Positions 1 through 12,449 of a DNA stretch of 64,000 nt are shown here, piece after piece. The DNA is taken from contig CAUYUJ010000001.1 of NCBI GenBank assembly GCA_963575745.1, positions 1,860,001 through 1,924,000 of the forward strand. Reading direction: 5' to 3'. Within the stretch, counting starts at the first letter, position 1. Each line of letters begins with the position of its first letter. The translations under genes and the position numbers were made by a program. This DNA comes from Prorocentrum cordatum. Lineage: Eukaryota. Below the pieces are notes generated by a model. The model was not told the origin of the DNA. It saw nothing but the letters and a program-made list of their open reading frames with translations, and searched no databases.

Positions 1-608
1 GCGTCAACTGCAGGGAGTCCGAGAGGCCTTGGAGGATGTCGCAGTAGTATGTCGACACCTGGCGAAACTGGCCTATCCAGTGGGCCCTGGGCCGCATTGT
101 CTGATGCGCTCTGCTGTGTCGCCCTGCTCAAAGACCCTCTGGAACGCGGCCATGCCAACCTGCGCTGGAGATGAAGAAGAAGGGGATGCGACCCGCTGCT
201 GCCGACTATGTGCACGAAGAAAAAAAACTATATATGGAAGCGCCCCGTCGGTTGGGACGGCACTCGAACTCTGGATACCCGTCGCCGTATGTGGCCGTGC
301 TAATCCAGAAGGTGAGAGAGTCACTGTTTGCGATGATGTTCCATCCAGGCTATGGCGACCACCGTTCTTGCTGTGAGCGTCGCGTGAGAGAGAGAGAGAG
401 AGAGAGACAAAAAACAACAAAACGAGGGCTCCCGAGAGAGCCCCAAGGAGACCACTGGAGTTCGCGGCAGGGCCTGTCGGGGGGCCTTGACCCGCCACGA
501 TCTCCAGCCTCGGTTGGGAGATTGCAGCTTCTGGGTCTCTCCTGGAGCCCCTGGGGGCTGTTGGGCAGGATTATGCCAGCTGTTCCAGCCTCCCTGGAGG
601 CTTCGAGG

Positions 609-644
<36 letters not shown>

Positions 645-822
645 GCTCTCGAGAAAGTCCCCAAAGAAGCTCTAGGAGGCCCCAGCAGGGCCACTCAGGC
701 ACTTCCTACCCGCCACGATCTCCAGCCTCAGTTGGGAGATCGTAGCTTCTTCAATCCCTCCTGGAGCCCCAGGGAACTGGTGGGCGGGATTCTACACGCA
801 GTTCGGGCCTCGCTGGGGGCTC

Positions 823-861
<39 letters not shown>

Positions 862-890
862 CCAAAACAAGAAAAAAATAACTAAGAGAG

Positions 891-925
<35 letters not shown>

Positions 926-1049
926 AAAAAAATATAACATGGGAGAGGGGAGGGAACATGCTCCGGAGAAAGCCCCAAGGAGACCACAGGAGGTCCCAGC
1001 GGAGCCTCTCAGGGGGCCCTAATCGGCTCAGGGGGTCGGCCTGGTTGGG

Positions 1050-1465
1050 GAGTCGGGCCGCGTCGGGGGGTCGGAGAGTCGGGGAGTCGGTCGGAGAGCC
1101 CGGAGGTCGGAGAGTCAGGGATTCGGGTACGGGGATTCGGGGACTCGGACAGTCGGGGAGTCGGGGAGGTCGGGGGTCGGTGAGGCGGGGCGTCGGGGCG
1201 TCGGAGAGTCGGGGGAGTCGGGGGAGTCGCGGCTCCGGGGGAGTCAGGGAGTCGGGGAGGTCGGGGAATCGGAGATCCGGGGAGTCGGGGAGTCGGGGGG
1301 TCGGGGCGTCGGGGAGTCGGGGGAGTCGGGGCATCGGGCAGTCGGGGAATGGGGAAGTTGGGGAGCGGGGGGGTCGGGGAATCGGGAAAGCTGGGAGTCG
1401 GGGAGTCGGGGAATCGAGACGTCGGGGGATCGAGAAGTCGGGGAGTCGGGATGTCGGGGACTTGG
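1050..1465. repeat. Degenerate ~8-bp minisatellite (GGGGAGTC)n
   Basis: Dozens of gggagtcg/ggggagtc variants in tandem; these explain the low-complexity ORFs here. Confidence 0.9.
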
Positions 1466-2510
1466 GGACGCCATCTTGGGCTGTCTTGGGGGCCTCCTGG
1501 GCCGTCTTTGAGGCATCTTTGGGCCTTGTGGGGACATTTTGATGCAATATTGTTCGTATCTGAGGCCGTCTTGGCAGTCTTGGAGCCATCTGGAGCAGAA
1601 ACACACTACCTCCCACCTATCCCAGGTGGCTGGCGCATCAGGCCAAGCGCCAGTGGGCAGTGCGGTCGTCTTACATAGCCCAAGCAAACAAACATCCAGC
1701 ACGCCGTGCACCCCTGTGGCGAGCCCACAGGTGGCGGCGGATCTAGCGTCCTTCCCACCCCGCCACTGTGCTTGTGTCGTGGACCAGAGGTTGCTTCTGA
1801 GACTTCTCGGTGACCTTTTGGAGACTCTGGGACGTCTCAGGGGCATGATGGGATATCTTGAAGCCTCTGAGGGGGCGTCTCGGCGGCCTCTTGAAGCTCG
1901 TGGGGGGCTCTTGAGGACATCGTGTATCGGAGGGCTCCACATTTCAGTTTGAGTTCCCCCTCTAGGGGTCGTTTTAGGGGCCTCTTGGGCCCATCTTGGA
2001 TTTGGCCCGCCTCGGGCCGTCTTGGACGCTTTCAAAACAGAAAAGGCGCATGCGCGAACAGTCATCAAACATTACTAGGGTGGGTCCCATCGGGAGTTAA
2101 CAGGGTCGCCGCGGTTCGGGCCTGGGCTTCCCGACGTCCCAAGGTCTGCCTTCGGGGCTCAAGAGACGGGGGTCAATGCAAACGTGGGTCAGTCAGAGCG
2201 CCGGATCTTGCAGGGTCAGGGGAACACTGGCCCGGGCTTGGGTGCAGGATCCTGCAGGCTCCTGCAGTATGGTGCTGGATCCTGCAAAGCCCGACTGACC
2301 CAGGTTTGGATTGAACCAGGTCAGGAGGTCACCGATATCCTGCATTCTCGAGCAGCATCTTGAGTCTCTCCGACAGGGAGCATCTTCGCCGCCGCGCCTG
2401 CCGGCGCCTCCTCCGGCCCCTGGTCGTGGCAGCAGTGGTAGCGGGCAGCGGTGGTCGCGGGCCAATCAGATAAACAACATTCTTACGCGTTGTAGCACAC
2501 ACTCTGGTCC

Positions 2511-2728
2511 TCCTAGATGGGGGCGGAATGGATGGGGTCGGAGGATCGCACCGCATCGCCGATGCATCGGCGAATCAGCTCGATGTGGAGCCCGATTTTC
2601 TCCACGACGATGGCGCCGATGCCTCGCCGACGTCGCCGATGCATCGCCGATGCATCGGCGATGTATCGCCGATGCATGGCCGATGCTGCGCGATCCTCCG
2701 ACCCCATCCACTCGGACCCTATCTAGAA
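2511..2728. mobile_element. MITE-like palindromic element, family A, copy 1
   Basis: Left arm gatggggtcggaggatcgc is the exact reverse complement of right arm gcgatcctccgaccccatc; internal atcgccgatgcatcggcgat palindromes; related copies at ~18089, ~31885 and ~62520. Confidence 0.8.
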
Positions 2729-3399
2729 TGCCTCTCTCCATACACACACACTACCACGCCCCAGGCCCAACGACAGTGAGAGGTGGAGGCAAACGAAGGG
2801 GAGTTGCACCCGAGAGAGTGCACTGGAGGGTGAGGTGAACAGGAGGGAACTATACTCGTCGGGGTGGTGGAAGTCAAATGCATTCGGATTGGGCGTGGGG
2901 CTGATTGGGCGCAGAGCAGAACGGGGGATTCATTCACCCGCAGAGGTGGGCAGATGCTGCCGAAGGTCCGCGGGCAAAAGGTCGTGCGGAGTGGTGAGCT
3001 CCATGGGGGGCATGCCGTTGTGGATGGCCCAGTGGCGGGCGCATCAACTTTGCGGCACAGCCTTGGGTAGCCCCAGCAGGCCTATCAGCCGCCGCTTGAC
3101 CCAGGCGTCCCCAACTGGAAGAGTCAGGCATTGACCGACTAGCGCTTGCACTGAAGGGGCTCTTGTCGTATTTTGTGGCCTGCTTGTTTACATTTAATCG
3201 CTTCGCTTTTTCCGCCGCCCATATTGCCTCGCCGCTGTCGTTTATCGGGGTGTTGTTGTCAATGCGGTGCGGTTGGGTGGCTGCCATTTTTCCCGGAAAG
3301 GGCGTGGGCCCAGGGTTCTCTTTTAGTTGGTTAACCCCCCGGCCTGGGCCGGCGAAATTATTTTGCGAGCGGGCACGCACGAGTAGGGCCGGCGAAATT

Positions 3400-3912
3400 A
3401 TTTTGGAGGATGTCTCGAGCGAAACGCTTGTTTTTCAGAATTTGTTGAGGATGTCTCGAGCGAGACGCTGGTTTTGCAGAGTTGGGGATGTCTCGAGCGA
3501 AACGCTTGGTTTCAGAATTTGTTGAGGATGTCTCGAGCGACACGCTGGTTTTGCAGAGCCGACCGCGACACGGAAAAGCGCCCCTCGCGCAGGAATTCCA
3601 AGGATGTCTCGCGCGTGCCGCGTCCCGCGCGCGGGTATTTGGATTTCTTTGGATTTTGACAGGATGTCTCGAGCGAAACGCTTGTTTTTCATAATTTGTT
3701 GAGGATGTCTCGAGCGAAACGCTGGTTTTGCAAAATTGGAGGATGTCTCGAGCGGTGGCCTCGTGGGGGGCCAGAATTCAAAGGATGTCTCAGGCGAAAT
3801 GCTTGTTTTCACGTCCCGCTCGCAGGAATTCCGAGGATGTCTCGCGCGTGCAGCGTCCCGCGCGTAGGAATTCAAATGATTTTGACAGGATGTCTCGAGC
3901 GAAACGCTTGTC
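3400..3912. repeat. Tandem array of ~38-60 bp units with core gaggatgtctcgagcgaaacgc
   Basis: About 11 copies of ggatgtctcg; single reverse-complement cores also at ~8572 and ~47775. Confidence 0.9.
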
Positions 3913-3916
3913 CCCA

Positions 3917-4631
3917 GCACGTTCCGTAGCGCGTCCCCTTGGCAGGTCCCGCGGTGCGTCCCCATGGCACGTCCCTTGGCACGTCGCTTGGCGCGTCCCT
4001 TGAGACGTTCTGCGTCGCGTCCTCCTGGCATGTTCCCCTGTCCATTTGCTCTGGGGCAGCTACTATGTGTTCAGGCAGCTCGAGCTTAAGATCCAGATCA
4101 GTTCGGTCAGGACTCGGATGCAAAGGAGGACTCGATCCACGAGGCTATAGAGCACAATCGCGCCATGGCACATCGCAATTCAGCACGGCGCAGCACAGCA
4201 CTGATTTCGGCACGGTACATCAAGGTCGATGCACTCAGCATTGCAACTTGGCACGTTCCTTGGCACGTTCCGTGGGGCGTCCTTTGGCGAGTCCCCCTGG
4301 CACGTCGCGTCGCGCGTCCCCTGGCACATCCCGTGGCACATCCATTGGCACGTTCCGTAGCGCGTCCCCTTGGCACGTCCCGCGGTGCGACCCCATGGCA
4401 CGTCCCCTGGCACGTCGCCTGGCGCATCCCTTGGGACGTTTCGCGGCGCGTCCTCCTGGCATGTTCCCCTGTCCATTAGCTCTGGGGCAGCTACTATGTG
4501 TTCAGGCAGCTCGAGCTTAAGATCCAGATCAGTTCGGTCAGGACTCGGATGCAAAGGAGGACTCGATCCACGAGGCTATAGAGCACAATCGCGCCATGGC
4601 ACATCGCAATTCAGCACGGCGCAGCACAGCA
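3917..4631. repeat. Direct duplication with 431-bp offset containing 12-bp ggcacgtccc(c)t subrepeats
   Basis: 3918-4200 is nearly identical to 4349-4631 (e.g. ctcgagcttaagatccagatcagttcggtcagg occurs twice). Confidence 0.9.
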
Positions 4632-4859
4632 CAGCCCTCGGCAGGGTACATCAAGATCGATACCTTCAGTATTGCATTTGCCCGTCACCCAATCAGGTGT
4701 CTTTGAAAACGCTGCCATGTGTTACAGTTCTACATTCCTTTCCGGGTTCGTGGGTCGATCATGTTTGGAGGCGGTGGGTGGCGGGTCAGAGGCCTCACGG
4801 ATGTTGGTTGGGCTCTCGTGGTTGGCCTCTCAGCGGCCTTTTGCGAGGCAGTTTTGAAG

Positions 4860-5340
4860 CTTCTCGGGGGCCGTGTGGGGGCCTCTTGAGGGCCTCTTGG
4901 GGCTTCCTGGGGTGCCTCTTGTGGGCCCCTTGTGGCCTCTTGGGCCTCCTGGGGGTCTCTTAAAACTAAAGGCTGGACTTTTCGGTTCCTGGTCACCTTC
5001 TTGGGCCCCTCTGTCTTGGGGCTGTCTTGGGGTCCTCTTGGACCCTCTTGGGGCGATCTTGGGAGCCTCTTAGGCCATCTTGGAGCGTCGGGAAGCCGAA
5101 AAAGGATAAACCCGAAAAATTGCCCAAAACCTTGGGAAAATCAATGCATTTTGCCTCTTGGGGCCCTCTTGGGAGTGCTTTTGAAGGCTTTGGGGGGCGT
5201 CTGGAGGCCATGGTGGGCATCTTGGAGCGATCTTGTGGCATCGTCGGCCGATCTCGACTCCAAGGGCTCTTGGACCGTCTGGGCGCTCTCTTGAGGCCGT
5301 CTTGGGCGCCTCTTAACGTCTGGGGGGCCTCCGGCATCTC
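4860..5340. repeat. Dispersed low-complexity repeat family rich in ggggcctcttgg
   Basis: Similar blocks at ~1470-1590, ~1850-2050 and ~46850-47430, and inverted at ~47850-48180. Confidence 0.7.
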
Positions 5341-5549
5341 TGGCGGGCACTTGCCTGGACTGGGGCGGGGTACTTGTCGCGTCGGGGCCCCCAGGGGCCG
5401 CCTCGCGCGTGCGAACTTGTTATCGGAGGTTGGGGCTTGAGATCGAAGTGGAACGGAGAGCCCCCCTACCGGGAAATCGATTTCGGTTTAGTGTTCGTGC
5501 CGTGCGTGCGGGCGAGGCGAAGCTGCGTGGGCGGGGGAGAGGAAATTCT

Positions 5550-5995
5550 CCTGTGGCTGGGCCGCGGCTGGACCAAAAGGTTCTCCGACCGGCAACCGGT
5601 GGCGCGCGGTGTCCCGCTGGTGTCCCGCTGGTGTCCCGCCGGTGTCCCGTCGTGGCTGGGCCGCGGCCGGACCAAAATGTCCTCCGCCCGGCAGCCGGTG
5701 GCGCGCGGTGTCCCGCTGGTGTCCCGCTGGTGTCCCGCTGGTGTCCCGCCGGTGTCCCGTCGTTGTCCCGTGGTGTCCCGTGGTGAGATCAACAGTGAGA
5801 TCGAGAGTGAGATCGATAATGAGATCGATCATGAGACCGGTAGTGAGATCGATAGTGAGATCTATAGTGAGAGATCGATAGGGAGATCTATAGTGAGATC
5901 GATCGTGATAATGATAGTGAGACCGATAGTGACATCGATAGTGAGATCGATCGAGTGGGAACGATAGCGAGATCGATAGTGGAATCGATAGTGAA
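5550..5995. repeat. Adjacent minisatellites: 11-bp (ggtgtcccgct)n then 12-bp (gagatcgatagt)n
   Basis: Directly visible tandem units; the switch is at ~5783. Confidence 0.9.
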
Positions 5996-7316
5996 GATGT
6001 TCCTGGGGGAGGGGGGGAATGGTACCAAGGCGCCCAAGAGCGAAGGGTGCCGTAAACAACTCGACACCAAGGCTCACAAGAGCGAGCGGCAACGCAACGA
6101 TCTCCACAGGCATCGTCAGAACAACAATCACTACTGTTGCCCATTGCTGGCCCCCTCCCCCCCCAACCTACTTATCATCCGCAGGGTGGTCGTATAGGTA
6201 TTGTTAACTTGTTATCGGAGATATTAGCACGCCTCTGGCCCGTTGGGCCGGCGAATTTCCGAACGCCAGACTAGCCCCTATGGTCGGATCTCGCCCTGCC
6301 AGCCTCGCTAGCCATGCTTGTCGCTGGCGCTGGCTGCCGCCACAGGCGCATGTCAGCCCCTGCCTAACCCCACTGCCCCCAGACAGGCTTGCCAATGTTG
6401 GTTGCCACCGCGCCCATGCTGCGCTCCCTGCCCTACCAGTGCCAGTAGCCTTGATGCCACCACCACTGGTTGCCGCCATTATTCGGGTATAGCCAGGACC
6501 CCAGGAATGTAAGGGGACCCGATTAGCGGTAGGGCCCCGGGGCCCTTGAATTGGCCAGAATCTCTCAGCCAGGTCTGTCGTAGCTGGTGTTTTTCGGGGG
6601 ACGGCAGTTCTGGTTAGTGGAACGTGGCGGGGGGGCCTCCCGCAGTACACATCACTAAACCAGGTTCCACTAAACCCAGTTCTGCCAACGCCCGAATTAC
6701 AGCCTCTTCAAGTCCTTGCTCAGCCAACCCTGACCCAAGTGCCCTCGTGTCGACAGCGCTGGTTGCGGCCACAGGCCACTGCTGGCCCACCCCCGACCCA
6801 CTGGTCCCGCTCGCCCTGCTGGCCGCCAGCGCCAGTTGCCATTCGCCCTGGCCCAGCCTAGCTGTGCTAGTCGCCGAGGCTGACAGCTGCAAGTGCAAGC
6901 GAGCATCTGATTCAGAAGCCTCCTTCCGAATAGCTGGGCCAGCTTTGCTTGACAGACTTGCCAGATAGCTGGCACAGCTTCGTGAGTACGTTCGCACCTC
7001 CAGCGGTGACACCAGAAGTTGGCCAAGGTTTATTTTCTGAAATTTTCGGGAAGCAGATCCCGATGGTTTGATGATCATTGTCTTGATCATATGTTCGGTT
7101 AGCTCATGGCTCTCCATTAGGGAACGATGGGTCCTGCGATGATCGCCCCCGCCTCCCCAACACGATTCCTGAGTGTCACCAGCGCGGCTTGCTGCTAGTA
7201 GCCCGTACTGGTTCCTGGCTGGCAACGCCCGCCCATGCCTACTAGCCCTCTCTACTAGCCCAGCCCAGTTTATGTTTGGGGTCCACGCGCCAGTGCGATC
7301 CGATGTGGCTGTGCAG

Positions 7317-7601
7317 GCCCAGAACCCCCACTGGACGTGCCGCTGAAGGGGACTGTCAAGACCTGGTACGAAGAGAAGGGCTTCGGCTTCGCCTCGGTCG
7401 ACGATTACCGGGTCGACATATTCGTGCACCGGAAGGTCTTGCACGTCAGCAGACCCATGTTGAGCAACGGCGAGCGCGTTCTTTTAAAGGTTGGATGGGA
7501 TAGCGCGAAAGGCAAGTACCACGCGACGGCGTGTGAAGTGTTTGGCGATGCTGGGGAGGACGCATCGCCACCACCCCTGCTGTGCGCGGACGGCACCGAC
7601 G
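7317..7601 (+). CDS. Exon: cold-shock domain 1 of a 2xCSD-2xRRM RNA-binding protein (upstream exons not identified)
   Basis: Translates PEPPLDVPLKGTVKTWYEEKGFGFASVDDYRVDIFVHRKVL...KVGWDSAKGKYHATACEV, with CSD RNP1 KGFGF and RNP2 IFVH; acceptor gtgcAG|GC, donor GACG|gtcagc, phase 1. Confidence 0.88.
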
Positions 7602-8048
7602 GTCAGCGGACAAAAGCGCGCGCGAAATGAGGATATTTGCAGGGAGACTTTCGTCCAGGGGACAGGCGGAACAGTTCTGCGGCACGACCTTGTCGGGCAC
7701 ACGTAAGAGTGACCCTTCGCTAGAGTGCTGTTTTGCGCGACCCCAACGGGGCCCCCCGATCGCTGAATGCGGTTGGATATCAGCGGCTGGCGCGCCTGGG
7801 TTTGGCGCCCCGCGCCCCCCCGAAAGTCGCGCACCACAGGTCACTCCTGCCCAGGGTCGCTCTTGTGCATAGCCGACCTTGGATGCCCCCTGCAGACTTT
7901 TCAGCCGTCGTTGGGCCAAAGCTCTCATCCCTTCTCTCTCTCTCTCTCTCTTTCTCTTTTTCTCTCTCTCTCTCTCTCTCTTTATTTCTTTCTCTCTCTC
8001 TCTCTCTCTCGTGAGGGGCCTCATCTCGTGCGCGCTTTGAACGCCCAG

Positions 8049-8209
8049 GCCCTCCGCTGAACGTGCCGCTCGTCGGGACCGTCAGGACGTTTACAGACAA
8101 GGGCTTCGGCTTCATACTGCCTGACGACTTCCAGGTCGAGGTCTTCGTGCACCGTAACGACCTCGTCGGCGGAACCGCCCTGGGCCCCAACGACCGCGTT
8201 TCCTTCCAG
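8049..8209 (+). CDS. Exon: N-terminal part of cold-shock domain 2
   Basis: (G)PPLNVPLVGTVRTFTDKGFGFILPDDFQVEVFVHRNDLVGGTALGPNDRVSFQ; acceptor cccAG|GC is phase-compatible with the previous exon; donor CAG|gtaggt. Confidence 0.88.
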
Positions 8210-8436
8210 GTAGGTAAGGATGCAACTCCTGGGAGGTTACGTTGAGCTTCGGCGCTGGTGCATCCGTGGTCGAATGCCGTCCAAGTCTGGTATAATCCTT
8301 ACGAATTCCATTGGATCCTGCTCATTATGGTATGAGATGAGGTCTAATTTGGGCCAGTCCGGCTTAATGGCCCCTTCGTCGGGCTTCATGTCCCCGCATC
8401 TCTCTCATGCAAATCTCCCAGAAGTTGCCTCCTGAG

Positions 8437-8474
8437 GTCGGGTGGGACAGCACCAAGGGCAAGCATAGCGCGAG
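8437..8474 (+). CDS. 38-bp micro-exon continuing CSD2
   Basis: VGWDSTKGKHSA(R) matches VGWDSAKGKYHA of CSD1; acceptor tgAG|GTC, donor GCGAG|gttgtc. Confidence 0.85.
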
Positions 8475-8655
8475 GTTGTCGGGCGGGGCTGAGACGAGGA
8501 GAAACCCGTTCCAGAGCGTTTTGGAACGCTCTCAGAGCATTCCGAGACGCTCTGAGAAGGCCGCGGCGCCCGAGACATCCTCCAGAGCCGCAGAATTTCT
8601 TGATTTTCACGCTTTATTCCCACCCGATTTTGTCCTCGTCATGGCTTCGTCGTAG

Positions 8656-8826
8656 GTTGGTCGAGGTGATCGCCGACGGCGGCGGCAGCGCCGGGGCCGC
8701 AGCGGCACCGAGCGGATCCGCCGCCGGGCGGGGCGCGACCCTGCTCATCGGCGGGCTGCCTTCGGACGTCCAGGAGGACCTGGTGGAGAGTCTGGTCGCG
8801 GCCTTCTGCGAGGTGCGGCGCATCAG
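8656..8826 (+). CDS. Exon: end of CSD2, linker, first half of RRM1
   Basis: (R)LVEVIADGGGSAG...GATLLIGGLPSDVQEDLVESLVAAFCEVRRI(R); LLIGGLP is RNP2-like; acceptor cgtAG|G, non-canonical donor ATCAG|gacttc. Confidence 0.82.
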
Positions 8827-8910
8827 GACTTCTCTCCCTCCTCCTCCTCCTCCTCCTTCTCCTCCTCCTCCTCCTCCTCCTCCTTCTTCCTCCTCCTCCT
8901 CCTCCTCCTC

Positions 8911-8961
8911 CCGTGGCCATTTTGGCTCAAGCCATTTTGGCTGAAGCCGTGTCGGCTCAGG
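8911..8961 (+). other. Tandem dinoflagellate spliced-leader relics (three copies, increasing decay)
   Basis: CCGTGGCCATTTTGGCTCAAG (20/21 to CCGTAGCCATTTTGGCTCAAG), then CCATTTTGGCTGAAG (14/15), then CCGTGTCGGCTCAGG (11/15). Confidence 0.9.
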
Positions 8962-11180
8962 GTGGTCTGCGCGAGCCGCGCCGCCTGGCGCCAGCCTCGA
9001 CCCGCTCCTCGGGCCCTCCTGCCCCCGCCCCGCCGCGGGCCGCCGCGCCCCGTCCTCTCCCCGCCCCGCTCTTCCGCCACGGCGGCCTTGGCGCGGGCGT
9101 CAGGTTCCGCGGCGGGTCTGCCGGCGCCCGCCGCGCCCCGCGTGCCCGAGGCCCCGGCGGGGGCAGGAGAGGCACCCCCGGACGGCGGCGCCCGCCAGGT
9201 ACAGAGGTCCGGCGCGTCTCGCGCTGGCGTCCCAGATAAGGCTTCGCCACAGGGCTGCACCACACACACCGCCGAGTTTGAGTTTTTGTTCAGGAGTCAG
9301 ATGATTGCTTTCGGTGCGGATGTCGATCGCATGCGATGTGTGTTCCCTAGGATCGCAGTTAGGCGGGAGGAGCGTTCCGCAGTGACCGAGCGTGCCCAGG
9401 ACTTGGCCATTCACCAGGTAATGATCCACACTGATGCTGAGCTCGCGGCCACGTTTGATGACGTCAAAACTCAATTGAATGACTTGAGGGCCGTGGTCTC
9501 GTCGGGTACTTCGGCTCGCGCCGACTCGGACTTCGAGATTGTGGGGGGGAGATGAGGAAGGTGGTCGCCGTAGGGTTCTGAGGACATCAGGCTCTGACCA
9601 AGCGAGCGCCACCTCGTCTCATCGTTCTTGGTTTGCCACTCGTCGAGGCCTTGTTGAAAGAAGCTTTCCAGCCCATCATCGCGCAGTGCAGTGCCTTGGT
9701 AGAAGTGCCGATCGGGCGCGCGTGCTCACTGACTAGGAAGGTGGTTCTCGACTTCCCGTGCACTCGCGTGTCCAGCGTTCTTCGGGAAGAGCCAGAGCAT
9801 TGGGGAGACTGTGCACCAGAATCCGATCGACGGTCTTGGTTGGGAGCTACGCGGGCGTCGGGACCTCCCCCCTGCCAGTCTGAAGTTCTTCTTTTATCTT
9901 GGTCAGATTCGTGCTATCGTCGGCAACGTGCTGGGTCATATTCAGGTCGGAAGCAACGGACTCGGCGGGCAGGTCTGTGGGTTCCTTATCCGCGTGCACC
10001 CTGTCGTGGTGGCGAAGGTCACGATTTCTGAGTCAGGTGTACGGTGTACCGGGTCTCCTGCTTGATCCTAACGGTGGTCCTAACGGTCTGAGTAGTGTTG
10101 GTAAAGAGGCTCATGCTGGTTGCGTCCAGGCACCTGTTGATCGAATTCGTCCCTTTGTGTGATGGGCCCAGCCAGTTGTCCAGGAGCATCCTTGCTCGAG
10201 ACCATTGGTGCTCTGGCTGGCATGTTTTTGCGCTCTCCTGGAGCCCCTGGTCTTCCGTCGGGTGGAGAGCCGTCTGGGGTTGGCCCTAAGACCTGCGCGG
10301 CCCTAGAACGCCGGAGAGGGGCTCAGCCAGCCAACCTGAGTTGATTGTAAACCTGAATTCGGAAGGTGGGTCACGCCTGGCGACCCTGCCTCTGGAGTGC
10401 ACGTAGCTTTCTCGCCTAAGTCTTCTCTTTCTGTTTGCACATGGAACAATCACGCCCTTTCTCGCCCCATGCGACTTTTTGCCACTTACGGGAGCGCGAC
10501 GCGCGCGGATGCTCCAACTTGTCGGCAGGTTTGATGCGGCGTGCTTACAGGAGACGCATGGCACGCGCGCAGATTGTGAAATGCTCTGCCAGGATGATCG
10601 CTGTCGGCACGCAGTTGTTCACGATTCCGCGATTGAGCCGAATGCAGATGGGAGTGTGGTAACCAAATTGTCCAGAAGACCGATGGCGCAGTTTGACTCG
10701 TGCAGCCCGCGCGCGGTCGTCCCTGGGCGGATCTTGGCTTCGCACATGAAGGGGCGGAAAGGTGACTCCATGATTCTGAATGTTTTACATGCCCGCTACC
10801 TCGGACCCCGCCGAGAAACATCGCAGGCACAAGGGGGGTTATTCAGGCCAACCCCCCCGCCAGCTGCCCATGCCGTGCGCGTGATTGCGGGAGATTGGAC
10901 ATTCGCGGGGGTAGAGGAGGGCAGATTTAGGACGGGCGGGACTTGATTGGCTGGGGGTCGGCAGCAGACGGATGCTTGTGAGTCGGAATATGGGTCCTGG
11001 GTTGAGTTGCACCAAAATGATCCCACGCGACAGGATGTCTTTGCGGGTCCTTCGCAGGGGGCGGCTCGTCTGGGTCGCATCTAAACGTCTCTCCCTGCTC
11101 CTGTGCTGAGTGACCTCCTGGTTACAGTCGATTGGACATGCAGTTGAGGCGCGGGCGCTGCTCTGGCCCCCGGTTTACAG
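8911..11180 (+). mobile_element. 5' part of a decayed LINE (SL relics, ORF1-like region, APE endonuclease); RT not present
   Basis: APE motifs in order across frameshifts: CTWNN (~10436), CLQETHG (~10545), VIAGDW (~10885), RLGRI* for RLDRIY (~11070); putative ORF1 remnant 8962-9555. Confidence 0.75.
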
Positions 11181-11750
11181 CAACAGCGGCTCCGCCTGAT
11201 ACTTCCATCTGTCGCTTGTGACTCCTCGCAATTTATTCAGGCGCCACGCCCTCGCCATTCAGGAATCGCGCCCTCGCCTGGGACTTCCTCATAAGTTACT
11301 TAGGAATCGCGCTCTCGCCAAGGATTTCCGGGCGAATTATGCAGGACTCACGAATTCGCGTAACATGCGAGTTTGTTCGATGGAAGTGCCCCTCCAGGTG
11401 CTCGCTGTGTTTTTACCGGGGAAGGTCTTCATTCTCAAACTGTGCCCCTGGCCCAACAGTTGACCCCGCCTGATACGATCTTATAATGTATTAAAGGATC
11501 GCGCTCTCGCTTGGGAGTTCCTTTCAACTTATCGAAGAATCGCGCTCTCGCCTGATACTTTCGCGCAATGTATTCAGGCGTCGCGATTTCGACACTCAAA
11601 AATCGCGCTGTCGCTTGGGACTTCCTCGCAATGGATTCAGGCGCCGCGCCCTCGACACTCAGGAATCACGTTCTCGCTGTCGATTTCCTCACGAGATTGA
11701 TTTTGGAATCGCGCTGTCGCTCAAGGCTTGTTCGCGATTCATGCAGGCGC
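11180..11750. repeat. Dispersed tandem-unit family with core aggaatcgcgctctcgc
   Basis: Repeated ~39-bp units; related blocks at 12325-12445, 13310-13500 and 27210-27380. Confidence 0.75.
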
Positions 11751-12449
11751 ACGCTTCAGCAACCCGCCCGCTCGACCTGGCCGGGCCCGCCTGTTATGGT
11801 CTACCCGCCCGATTTGCCCGCATGGTTATGCCATGTTTTTTTTCTGTTCTTAGCCCCCATCCAGCTATTCTCTTTCGTGCTCCATCCTCATCCATCCCCC
11901 TTGGCCCTTCTGTCCATCCGTCCTGTCTTCCCCTTTTTTCAGGTGCTGCACGACACACGTTGCAGGTAAGGAATGTGTACCCCCAATGGGATACGATCGA
12001 AAACGAGAAGGGTTGGTATCGAGGGTCTGGTTTTTACGTGTTGAGTGGCACGCGAGGAGATGAGAGCGAAGCATAGCTTAAATCAAAACATGTTGTTGTC
12101 GCCGTTGTTGTTATTGTAGTCGATGATGCTGATGTGTTTGTTGGTGTTGTTGTTGCTGTTGCTGTTGTTATTGAACTTTCTACATTGCAGAAGAAGTATT
12201 GTTGATCCCCCCTTCTGGTGACCATTGTGTTTTTCAATTGAAGTGTTTCCTCCGGGGCTCGCACCCTGTTTTCTATCAGGGAAAGTCACGGGGCTCAGAC
12301 TGCGTTGTTGGCCCCGGATTAGAACAACAACGGCTCCCGCCTAAAACATCCTCGCAATTTAGCCAGGACCCCCGCTCCCACCTGAGACTCCCTCACATTT
12401 TACTCAGGAATCGCGCTCTCGATTTGGATTCCTTACACTTCATTAAGGG

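Noticed and set aside
1..385. Possible exon or LINE 3' end before the (GA)n tract
   Set aside because: No recognisable motif in any frame.
2325..2470. Possible upstream exon of the CSD-RRM gene
   Set aside because: Open frame and AG|G are present, but there is no domain evidence.
3400..3912. CRISPR-like appearance of a conserved core with variable intervening sequence
   Set aside because: Intervening parts are related to each other, the context is eukaryotic and there are no cas genes; it is a minisatellite.
6614..7444. 276-aa minus-strand ORF
   Set aside because: Partly antisense to the CSD exon, and the rest has no recognisable motif.
7337..7630. Stand-alone bacterial-type cspA gene
   Set aside because: No ATG or ribosome-binding site; phase-matched splice sites link it to downstream exons.
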